Below, piece by piece: positions 52,101 through 60,835 of a stretch of 64,000 nt of DNA. Position 1 is the stretch's first letter. Every line of letters begins with the position of its first letter. The notes under the pieces are model-generated. The model was given only the letters and a program-made list of their open reading frames with translations, searched no databases and was not told the origin of the DNA. Origin of the DNA: Tubiluchus corallicola (Eukaryota; Animalia; Priapulida); assembly GCA_030141605.1 (NCBI GenBank), contig JAQGDQ010000092.1, positions 62,001-126,000 of the forward strand, given 5' to 3'. The position numbers were made by a program, and so were the translations under genes.

Positions 52101-55100
52101 GTATACGAGCTACAAACAAATCCCGCAACTGATTTATTCGGTGTTTAATTTTGTCAATCGTCAGAGTCTCATCTCACTTGGTACTTACTCTTCGGGGAAG
52201 CCAACTTTGGCGGGATGTCAGTCTTCTTGGTGCCCCTAAACGTAAACCGCTTATCGAGTCAAGCCCTTTGCAAATAACCACACCACGAAAGAAGTTTGCC
52301 GTAACACGTATTGGTTTGCTGCTGGTATGTATACCAACTATATTGGTTATGTTAATGCATATCCAATGCTTACTTCTTTCGGCAACACTGTTTGACATAA
52401 CAGCCTATTTGTAAAAACGTTGTTATTTTTGCAATGTGTTACACGAACAAATATAGCCACGTCAAATTACACGCACGCATTTTTGCTGATATCTGTAATT
52501 ACGCAGTGCGTTAAATTGTCAACAGCGTGCAGAAGATAATCCAAATTATCCTATAAAAGTAAACGAATCATGTGTACGTTAGTTATAATGAAGCATCCAG
52601 GGACGATAAGCCAAATAACAGATGCGCATCAAATAAAACCTGGTAGTATAATAAACAGCATCATAGGCTAATCATTTCCCACAAAACGTTAGCAGGGCGA
52701 ACAGAGATTACTGACTGCCTTTTCACAGGGAAGATATAATAGAAATATTACATAATTATGGTTGGTGTAATAGAAATATAATAGATACGTTACATTTTTA
52801 GTAGATCAATGTGTTAACTGTTTACCTACAAATTAACTCTCTTATTGTAAACGTGTACTATACATAGTCCCTGTTAGTCTGAATAACGTGTTTATTTTTA
52901 ATATTAATTCCTGCTTTAATGTAACAGCTGTACCTGTGTATGTTATAGAAATTTGACAAATAAATATATAATTGTAGACGTTGGTATTTCGTGGTTGCCT
53001 TTCCTGTATAGAAAGTAGGCTGCATGAAAAGGCAAAAAAATTTGAAAGGCATGCTATTATCAGCTGTGCATAACTTAGGCATAACCTCGGGCTTTAATGC
53101 AGAGCAAGTCTGTTAGTTCATAATATAATGCTATTATTGGGTGTACACTGTTGGTCGTGTGTAAATATATTAGCAATCAAAACTAACAGCCATAATTCAC
53201 TAGCTAAGCAGCCATTAACACGTGTACTGCTGGTGTTGTTGCTCATATTTCTAATGGCTTTGCAAAAGATCTGGAAGGTTGGCTTAGTTGAATTACTGCA
53301 TGACCTGAGTTGTTTTTGTTATTCTGACTGCAGTCATAGTCTGTTGAGCACCTAAGGTTGGTAGGGTGCCTGTGCCTTTTTGGTGGGGGAAAAATTGTAA
53401 AAAGTGATAAATTCATTACATTTGCAACTGTGTCAGGGCAGCACGTGCTACTTTGCCCTTATTTTGTGAATTTTTACATATAATAAACCATTATGAATAA
53501 TCCGACTCTGAAATGGATGAATTTAAACTAGTTTATAATTATTTTCACCCTAAAATTTTCATGTGTGAAGACGTTGAATGAATCATGGTTGAACAGTTAT
53601 ATCCTTTCAACATGTTTTTATGATTTAACACTTTCAGTAAATTTGAATGAATTGCAATAACATGATTCATAATCAACTGGATTTCTTTTACTTTTTTTGT
53701 AGGAGCAATACGATTTGGAGACAAGTTGACTCTAGATGAGTGTAAGATACTTATGCAAGATTTAAGCAGCTGTCAGCTTCCATTCCAGTGTGCTCATTGC
53801 AGGCCTAGCGTCGTTACTCTATTACATACAAGTCGCCTAGCCAGATTAGAATGCAAGGTACTCAGTTAGTACTCAGTACACCATGTTCATACTCAAAACT
53901 AGGGTCAACACTTTCGGTATTTGATTAACATGTAACTTTACAAATATTTGTATCTAATGACAAATTATCCAAATTTTTTCTGGTTTGTATTGCTACAGGA
54001 AATCAATTTTGCATCCTCTTTTTTCACTGCACTGTGAACATGCAATACAAGTATCACTGCTAAGAGTGGCAGAATGATTGCCAGGGTAGTTAACAATCCC
54101 CATTCTTGTTTTGAAATTATTATCCAAGTCTGGAGACTTACAGGCAGCACACGTCATCCCACATCATCAGTCCATCGTCTGTTGTCGATTTATAGTTTGA
54201 GGTTAAACCAGTCTTCACAGTTTGAGTTTAAACCAGTTATACCTCAGCCACTTGGGGTAGTCTTAAGATTTTTTGTATGGGGTAACAGTAGGTCCAAGTG
54301 GTGGTCAAGGCCAAAGGCTTATCCAGAACAAGGATAAACAGGTAGAAACAGCTGCACATCAATGGTGGGCATTGGGGGATCCGAGTCAGCTCATTGTGAG
54401 GAATTAGAGTGGCCTATTGCCTACTGCAAACCCAACACAGACATAAAGAATTTTACCCACAACCTCATGAAGGGACGGTCCAGATGGTGGGCATAGTGGG
54501 AGAACCTGTCAGCTCAGTGCGATGAATTGGAGTGACGTGTCACCTATTAAAAATCCAGTGTTCTAAAGGCAGGTTTTATCCCCTGAAATGTCGAGAATAC
54601 ATTGGGGTTAACAAGGATCGCCATTCCGCAAAGCGTCAATCAACCAGTGGGTATTCATCTCACGAATGCAGGGAAAGGGCAAATCCAGGATTCGAACAAT
54701 TGGAACTATGGTATTACAAAAGCAGGCTTTATCCTGCAAAGTGTCAAATGTAGCTGTTAGGTGATGAGTGGTCAATGTCCATCCCCCAGGAGGGAGGAAG
54801 AGAGAATCCAGGATGGAACCTGTAGTAGGAGAACTTGAGTCAGCTTAATGTGAGGAATTTACAGTGACTTGTCACATATTGTCAATCCAACATTGACAAA
54901 AATATTTTACCCCTCCTTCAGGGGAGGGAAGGTGCACAGATGCAGGATTCTAATAATTGCAATTATAGTATTGTAAAGACAGGTTTTGTTGCACAAAATA
55001 GCAAATGCAGGTGCTAGATGATGAGTGAAGACCTTTGGGCGGTGATCCTGGGAAAAGGCAAAAATTGCTGAATGTGGCCAATAACGCCAGCTGTAGAAAA

Positions 55101-56182
55101 TTTGGACATGAAGACCGTTTGACCTTGTTTGACCAGGAGCAAGTACTGGGAAATTAGTAGTGTTCTTTGCATGCCTTTATTGCCCGTGAGAATTTGTGAA
55201 CCAAATTTGGCCAGAAAGAATGATCTTGTGTCAAACGTTAAGATCCTCAAAGAGTCAATCTTGAGAGTAATGGTACCCGCAGCACCGTCGTATCTCTCTT
55301 TTTTTTCAATACACTTCTTTCTTCCATGCATTTCTACGAATAATTAATGATTGCTGTATAAATTGCAAAAACATTTGAATATGTTGTTATCTGTTGATTA
55401 TAAACTCAAAAAACTTGATATCTGTCAGTCTTCAATGTCTGCAAAAAAATCATGCAAAAATGTTGTTTTTCTCTTTAAAAGCAGTTGGTAATTTCTCTTT
55501 AAAAGCATTTTAAGGTACTTTTATTTGCAAGTGATATTGCATATTTCATTTACAAACACTTTGTATTGAATATAATATTGTTTTTGCATCTTTGCTACTT
55601 CCATTTGTTAAGTTCGTCATGTCTTTTTGTACATTATCAGCTTCTTCGTTGTTGCCATAACATTAATTTGAGAATCAAAAAATGCGTTGAAGCAGCAAAT
55701 TTAATTGGTCTGGCATTTACTATTTTTGATGTGGAATGGACAGCAATGGGCAGCATTGAGTTACGTCCACATATACGGTTGGTAAATACGATTCCACTGC
55801 ATTAAGTATTGACCTATTAGTTCAAATTCTGACAGATGTTCTCTGTTAGGTTGTACTTAGTTTGATCAATAATGTAATGTTCAATCTAACTTGATTGCAA
55901 CTGAATCTGAGACATGTACTGTCTTATTTCTCTCAGTATGGGTCTGCAGCTCGGAATGCTCTAATTTGTCAAAAGGATATCGACAGCAGTTGAAAAACTG
56001 TGTAATTTGTCAAAGCATTGTTGACATCTGGGTCACAAAGTGATTTCTCTAATAATTACTTTGAGTTTCGTTTGAAAAATATAAAACCAATTCGTTTGCC
56101 TTTTTTCCTTTAGGTCAAGCCAAGGCTGAAACTATGGAAATTGAGACAAAGAAAATTTTCCCTTTCTTCAACAGGTACTTGA
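25042..56182 (+). CDS. MLH3: DNA mismatch repair / meiotic crossover endonuclease MLH3, 11 coding exons, about 1652 aa: join(25042-25192, 27209-27314, 28067-31686, 31848-32009, 32370-32527, 33889-34078, 36287-36426, 41119-41223, 43564-43666, 53703-53857, 56114-56182)
   Basis: All introns are GT-AG with matching phases (total 4959 nt). GHKL motifs NALDAG, VVDNGCG, HFTSK..GFKGEAL and GTTITV; MLH3-type LQSK.VKRK, PFLP, WENP and QVD..IACL; DQHAVHERIRLE; LASKACHGAIRFGD; CQLPFQCAH.RPS. Confidence 0.95.
25540..25872 (-). mobile_element. Inverted, degraded copy of the MITE at 48498-48866
   Basis: ACGCATCACGCATTGC..GTGCACATGGAAAC and TTTAAATACAAAC match the reverse complement of 48500-48770. Confidence 0.65.
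25885..26830. repeat. Minisatellite of about 30-bp units (consensus GTTTACTTTGACAGTGATGCAGTCTGGCTGA) in the first MLH3 coding intron
   Basis: About 20 well-conserved head-to-tail units at 26130-26760, with more diverged units on both flanks. Confidence 0.95.
27209..27314 (+). CDS. MLH3: MLH3 coding exon 2
   Basis: ttttag|..SSCVAVRVDLQEFNFQVVDNGCGISQTDLAVLGQ|gtcagt. Confidence 0.93.
27457..27532. repeat. Tandem duplication of about 36 bp
   Basis: TGGCAAGGTAAAA(n)GGTATTTCTGTCAGTTTTC occurs twice. Confidence 0.9.
28067..31686 (+). CDS. MLH3: MLH3 coding exon 3 (3620 nt; rest of the ATPase, transducer and long linker)
   Basis: tttcag|..HFTSKIKTIENLSDLGTFGFKGEALASI, then the 1197-aa ORF; donor ACAG|GTATAT. 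Confidence 0.95.
31848..32009 (+). CDS. MLH3: MLH3 coding exon 4
   Basis: ctctag|..KKHFFLSHNATPFLPKS...; donor GAAG|GTAATG, with an in-phase alternative donor at 31994. Confidence 0.75.
32370..32527 (+). CDS. MLH3: MLH3 coding exon 5
   Basis: CAGCAG tandem acceptor; YCWENPLQQY...FAVKK...KEMLENIL|gtattg. Confidence 0.8.
33213..33577. mobile_element. hAT-like MITE
   Basis: Imperfect TIRs CAAGGCCGGATTAT and ATAATCTGGCTCTG, GGGGCCC subterminal motif, AT-rich core; TSD not preserved. Confidence 0.55.
33889..34078 (+). CDS. MLH3: MLH3 coding exon 6 (endonuclease motif at 34030-34065)
   Basis: VIGQVDAQLIACLL...LLVLFDQHAVHERIRLEKYVK. Confidence 0.96.
34290..35920 (-). mobile_element. Dispersed repeat, copy B, with a decayed THAP exon (34729-34905), in MLH3 intron 6
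   Basis: Colinear with 20322-21480 plus about 330 extra bp. Minus strand reads MVKRCHWDLCNSGSQY...NLEK.../CRRAHDQLNIEKI. Confidence 0.75.
36287..36426 (+). CDS. MLH3: MLH3 coding exon 7
   Basis: EFHEETAARKLKVHWLSTPLNLSL...FNQLGLHFN|gtgagt. Confidence 0.88.
36452..38088 (+). mobile_element. Internally deleted piggyBac transposon with TTAA target-site duplication
   Basis: TTAA|CCCTCTGAGGACCA ... TGGTCCTCAAAGGG|TTAA. Transposase relics WLDNRSVLMASNF, MGGVDL, LLDIAINN and FKRILAKELIG, plus the C-terminal Cys-rich RCVPC. Confidence 0.95.
37029..37128. repeat. (GTAGT)n pentanucleotide satellite inside the piggyBac
   Basis: Directly visible. Confidence 0.97.
39773..40095. mobile_element. hAT-like MITE
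   Basis: Imperfect TIRs CAGGGCCGTGTTAAC and GCTAATACATGCCTG; the 8-mer flanks AATAAGAG and AATGTGAG match at 6/8, like a decayed 8-bp TSD. Confidence 0.6.
41119..41223 (+). CDS. MLH3: MLH3 coding exon 8
   Basis: cttcag|VDAEEVQVTGVPELLAD...ALIE|gttagt; phase 0/0. Confidence 0.8.
41930..43015 (+). mobile_element. Helentron/HINE-like non-autonomous element with an internal tandem array of about 147-bp units
   Basis: An anchor like GACCTTTCATTTGATGTACTAC at 42016, 42163, 42281, 42428 and 42575; a 3' (AAT)n tract followed by an imperfect terminal hairpin (AAGA..TGCT..AGCA..TCTT). Confidence 0.6.
43564..43666 (+). CDS. MLH3: MLH3 coding exon 9
   Basis: ELFKEILHMIRISQGGSQGMPQTLNKILASKACH|gtaaac. 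Confidence 0.94.
44861..45480 (+). mobile_element. TTAAAGG-ended (Kolobok-like) non-autonomous element, copy 1
   Basis: Starts TTAAAGGAAGACTG; a partial inverted end CAGTCTCCC near 45470; colinear with 46613-47140 and 24640-24845. Confidence 0.6.
45500..45670. repeat. Polypyrimidine low-complexity tract (CTCCT/CTTTT)
   Basis: Directly visible. Confidence 0.95.
46613..47140 (+). mobile_element. TTAAAGG-ended (Kolobok-like) non-autonomous element, copy 2
   Basis: Starts TTAAAGGAAAACGG; AAAACTTAATTAAC...CATAATTTTCAA...TGTTGCAC...TTGAAGTAC...TTTACTGCTGT...ACACATCTGAAC is shared with copy 1. Confidence 0.6.
48498..48866. mobile_element. MITE with long imperfect TIRs and (ACGCATC/T) subterminal repeats
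   Basis: TATGATTCCATGTGTAC pairs with GTGCACATGGAGTCGTA; a second copy lies at 25540-25872. Confidence 0.75.
53703..53857 (+). CDS. MLH3: MLH3 coding exon 10
   Basis: GAIRFGDKLTLDECKILMQDLSSCQLPFQCAHCRPSVVTL. Confidence 0.95.
54330..55060. repeat. Diverged multi-unit tandem repeat region
   Basis: A TCAGCT..TGTGAGGAATT..AGTGAC-like unit recurs near 54386, 54508 and 54840; an AGG.TTT.T...AAATG..G.TG.TAG.TGATGAGTG-like unit recurs near 54724 and 54981. Confidence 0.6.
56114..56182 (+). CDS. MLH3: MLH3 last coding exon
   Basis: Strong acceptor ttttttcctttag|VKPRLKLWKLRQRKFSLSSTGT*, similar to the recalled KPNL.KLR; AATAAA at 56324-56329. Confidence 0.78.
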   Translation, partial: VKPRLKLWKLRQRKFSLSSTGT

Positions 56183-56449
56183 AGATTCAATGCATGAGTA
56201 ATTCTAAACTTTTTCTAGACTCGTGATTAACAAATATTGAATTTTTAAAGATATGTGGAAGTTGCTCTTAAAATGGAATTTGTACACTAATGCCTCTTTC
56301 CAAATGGTTCAGGAAATCTTTTTAATAAAATGGCAGACAGTTTTCAACGGACTGTGCTTTTAGTAATAATCAGGTACATGTCCTTAATTATGGTTTATGG
56401 CTTTGTTTAAAAACTAGAAACAATGCAATTGGGTTATAGTTTTGCATGA

Positions 56450-58642
56450 TAAAAACCTTGCTGGTCAAGGGACTATACTTGTGAATGTTGTTCTTGTTGG
56501 GGAGAACATTTTGAAAAAACCTAAGGCTCTGTAAATTCACGATAGATTGCCATGAATCTAAACACAAATATACTAGACGAAATTCTGCATTGACTGACAG
56601 AGTCGGATTATTGATCCTTCATTTTGAATTCAAGATGGCAGCAATAACATCATTTTTAAGATGCCAATTCGCAATGGATCACCAGGAACTTTATAAGAAT
56701 GTACTAGTACAAATTCTGCATCGACTGATGGCGCCAGATTTTTTATCTGCCATTTTGATTTCAAGGCGACGGCAATAACATCATTTTGGAAAAAACCTAA
56801 GGCTCTACTGAATATTGACAAAAACGGCTATTTGCAATAGATTTGCAATTACTAATTTGCAATAGATCGTTGTAAAACTTTATATGAAGATCGAGAAACC
56901 TCTAGTACAAAAGATACTAGAACAAATTCCACATCGACTGATGCAATAAATTTTTGTTCTAACGTTTTGAACTTAACATGGTGGTGATAACATAATTTTC
57001 GAAAAACCCCTAAGGCTCAGCCTGTTCACAATGGATCGCCAGGAAATTTTACAGGAATATACAGTAGTCGCCGCTGAATTGACTCAAAAATGCTTGGAAC
57101 AGGCCGCCTCTATTCAAATATACATAAAAACTATCGCTAATTGACTCATATAACAACACTTCATTGACTCAATATTTTTCCTTCACGTATTTAAAATAAG
57201 ACAGTTGTATGTGCCCAAACAGCCTTTCCTACTTTTATGCCATCTTTACTTCCTTTTGTGCATTATATATGTAAAAATAATCATGTTAACTACCGTTTTG
57301 TTTGTAAACAGGTTGGTTTATCAGGCGCTAATACACTAGCGTAGCAGTTTTGCTTTGAATCTGTTGCCAGCTCGCCCACTGCAATTAATCTCGTTACCCA
57401 AAAAATTTCTGGAAGCTAAACATGTAATCACTTGCCTAGTGGTTTCCTTTTGATGCTCTAGTTGCAAATCCGCTTTCAGGCTTAATGAGTTAATAGTCAA
57501 AGATCCAGGTACAGTAATCAGCCAGTATTCCTTGTGACTTACAAGAGTAAACATCATACAGCAAATAAGGGCATAGAGTTAAGAAGTTTGAAAAATGGAG
57601 CATAAGTGTAAAGATCTAACAGTTAATGGGAAACTGAAAATTTTAGAACAGTACGATAAACTTCCAAAGATGGGACAGAGGTGTGCAGCAGCGCAGTTGA
57701 AAATTCCCAAAGTACTCTCGGCAGAATATTGAAAAAATGATCTGAAATTGAGCAGTCAGCAAGCTAAAATATGAATCTAGCATTTAAGAGGTGATGCAGG
57801 TGATGCACAGGAAAAGACTGTAAAGTGGAGTCAGCGTTGAAAGTGTGGTTTACTAACGCAAGAGAAAAAGATGCTCGAGTGAACGCTTCTTTAATGCGAC
57901 AGAAAGCAGCAGATGTGACAAAGAAATGCTCAAGCACGCCAAGCGCCAAATGTTTTACGAGAATACGTGCTTCACACAACAACAGATTTTCAACGTTTTT
58001 GTAATTTTGAGAACTTTGTGAGCCAACTTCTTCGAGAGAAAATGAAGCAGCCAACATTGAAGGAATTTTTGTAATTTTTGCAAATAAACAGACTTGTGTG
58101 ATTTAGAAAAGTATACTTTTTAATTTATTGTTAATTCACTTATATAAATTACTATTTTAAAATACTTTTTCTAATTTTTAACTGCACAAAGGAATTTAGG
58201 CATTACTTCATTTCTAAAATTGACTAAAAGCCTTTGCAGTGCATAGTAAGCTGATGACTCATACTTCTATGGCAGTAATACTACACTCATCGGTTAATAG
58301 GTTCAATCGGTTAATTGGGTCAAAACACATCGGTCCCAAAGTGAGTCTATTAAGCGGCGACTACTGTACTACAACAAGTTTTGACCTGGCTGATGAAATC
58401 ACATTTTTGAGCTGCCAATTCAAACAGGTTGCAAAAACATCATTTTTAAAAAAACCTAGAGCTCTGCCACTTTGCAATGGATCATCATAATACTTAATAA
58501 CAGTATACTAGAACGTATTCCGCATGGATCGACAGAGTCAAATTCTTGACTTGCCATCTTGAATTCAAGATGTAGCATCATTTTTAATTCAGGATCTTGA
58601 GTTCAGAGAGTCCCTTGAACAGCAGTTCGAATCAAACTTGTT
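56450..58642. mobile_element. Helentron/DINE-1-like (HINE) element with internal tandem units, interrupted by a Tigger insertion
   Basis: Subterminal inverted repeats TCAAGGGACT (56465-56474) and AGTCCCTTGA (58609-58618); hairpins CCTTG..CAAGG and GAAC..GTTC at the ends; a repeated AAAAAACCTAAGGCTC-like anchor near 56514, 56790, 57002 and 58449. Confidence 0.65.
57062..58366 (+). mobile_element. Tigger/pogo (Tc1-mariner superfamily) deletion derivative with TA TSD
   Basis: TA|CAGTAGTCGCCGCTGAATTGACTCA ... TGAGTCTATTAAGCGGCGACTACTG|TA (25-bp TIR, 2 mismatches). CENP-B-type HTH relic from 57595: MEHKCKDLTVNGKLKIL...VESALKVWFTNAREK...LMRQKA; DDE domain missing. Confidence 0.93.
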
Positions 58643-59764
58643 CTTGACCTATGTGTAAGCTATAGAAATAAAATGAATTTGCTATCATATAAAGAAAAGC
58701 ACTACTACATGATTGGATACTAATCATCTTTCTTAGTTTTTGTGTGACATTTTTTATTATTTGATACCTACTGTTTACCTCCTGTGTGCTGCAGCAAAGA
58801 ATGGCTTGCTTCACAGTTACATATTGCTCTTACTGTGCTCATTAAAATGGAGTTTTCGTACGGCTTCCTGCACTAAACTATTTGATTTTTATTAATTAAT
58901 CTTGTACATAGTAATTAATTTTGTTTGACTTGCTATTATTTCCTAGTAATTTTCTTACCCGATGACATTTTTGTCCTGTTGAACCTTGCTCATTATTCAT
59001 TGACATAAGATCATTTCACCCATTGCTTGCCATGGCTGTACTGCCACTGTAGACTGGCTGTAGTTGATTGTTTGAGTTGTTATTTTTGCATAAATTTCTG
59101 GAAGAAATAACAGAAAATGCTATAGAATTGCTAAAATCTTTCTGCTTTTGGGTAATCCATGCATAGGACCATGTAACTAAGTTGAAGACCTCGAGATTGG
59201 AAATTTAACCTCTTAATAAGTAGGCTTTATGCAATTAACCTGTGAGCAATGAATTGTGGCTTACGTACTCTACATGGTATTTTGTTTACTATGGGCTTAT
59301 GGGCATCATTACGTAGAGTTCTAACCTACGTGCATTGTAACTGGACATGTTTAAATTTTTTCCATTAAAAATTAAGCTTCCATTCAATGCAGAAAATACA
59401 TTTTTGCGGTAATATCAATCTCACCGAAGAAAATATGAGGGCTCTCTAGTTTGCAGTAAATTTGTATAACCGGACACCATAATGTTATGCCTCAAACCGT
59501 AACATGAGCCAATGCGGTTCCTGGTACCGATGTGTGCACTTCATTAGTGAATTTTAGTCTGCTTGTATATACTTCATACTCATCTTACCCATGTTGTTAC
59601 ATGTACACTTGCCTAAAATAATTCATAAAATTGTTTTCTGGGATGTATAAACTTATCTGAATGCAATACATATTAATCATTTATCAAGTATTATTTTCTA
59701 AACTCAGATAACCTGGAGGTGGAAAGAGCCAACTATCTTTCACGGTGCAAAAGGATCATAAACA

Positions 59765-60835
59765 ATGACAGACACAGAAGAGTCAACCCAATATTCGGAC
59801 ATTGGTAGCTCCTTTTTACAGCTTAGACAAAACCGTGCCCATCTTAGTCCAACCATACTATGGGCTTTATCTGGTATTTATATTCTGATGGGTGTACTTG
59901 TAATTTTGACGAACATTTGTGTGATAACAGCTGTTACAATTAATAGAAAATTGCATCAACCAGTTAACTATTATGTGTCATCAATATCGGCCGCTAACTT
60001 CTTAATGTCATTTGCGTGTGCACCAATGATAGCACTTATGTTCCATGGAGTGTCCATTACGGAGGAGTTGATATGTAATCTACGTATCGTTCAACAGTTA
60101 TCTGGTGATATAGTTTTATTTCATAGCATTTATACCATGGTAGTCATAGCACTGGATCGCTATAGAGCTGTCATCCAACCGGAGAAGCGACAGTACTCGC
60201 GAAAGCAATGTATGCATATCATTCTGTTACTGTGGTTTTCGTCTATATTGTATGGGGCTCCTACTGCCGCTCTCTTGATATACAGAAAGAGTACCACTAC
60301 ACTGAAAGAAGAGCCAAACTTTTACTGCTATTATACTATGGTGGAAATAGTGACCAAATACTATGTTGATTTACTTATTGGCTACTTAGTGCCATTGTTG
60401 TTGACAGCCATTCTGTATGGGAGAATAATCAAGAAGTTGCACGTGAACCGGAGAACCAGCTTGGTGAAGATCCGTCTAACGGAGCAATGCTGGAAAAAAC
60501 GAAGCATCAAAATGTCACTCGGGATACTGACGTTGTTTGCTCTGTGCTGGCTTCCAATTCACATTATACGTTTAGCAACTCTGTCTCAAGGTCACGTGAT
60601 GAACACGAAAATTTTACTAGTGCGCCACCTTGCCACGATTCTCACGTTTTGCAACAGCTGGTTGTATGTGGTCATTTACGCGTATTATAACTTGGACTTT
60701 CGCCGTGTGATGGCTACAATGCTAGACTGCCGATGGGCGACATTTCTGAAAATTGATGAATCAGCCAGTATAACTAGTGTAAGCAGTTCACAGGCCATTT
60801 CACCTACTTATAAAAATTCACTAAACAATAGTTGA
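59765..60835 (+). CDS. Intronless class A (rhodopsin-like) GPCR, peptide-receptor-like orphan, 356 aa
   Basis: Seven hydrophobic segments; N1.50, C3.25, ALDRY, W4.50, ECL2 Cys, P5.50, FALCWLP and helix 8 N.DFR. In-frame TAA just upstream of the ATG; splice acceptor at 59707; AATAAA at 61192 and 61588. Confidence 0.93.
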   Translation: MTDTEESTQYSDIGSSFLQLRQNRAHLSPTILWALSGIYILMGVLVILTNICVITAVTINRKLHQPVNYYVSSISAANFLMSFACAPMIALMFHGVSITEELICNLRIVQQLSGDIVLFHSIYTMVVIALDRYRAVIQPEKRQYSRKQCMHIILLLWFSSILYGAPTAALLIYRKSTTTLKEEPNFYCYYTMVEIVTKYYVDLLIGYLVPLLLTAILYGRIIKKLHVNRRTSLVKIRLTEQCWKKRSIKMSLGILTLFALCWLPIHIIRLATLSQGHVMNTKILLVRHLATILTFCNSWLYVVIYAYYNLDFRRVMATMLDCRWATFLKIDESASITSVSSSQAISPTYKNSLNNS

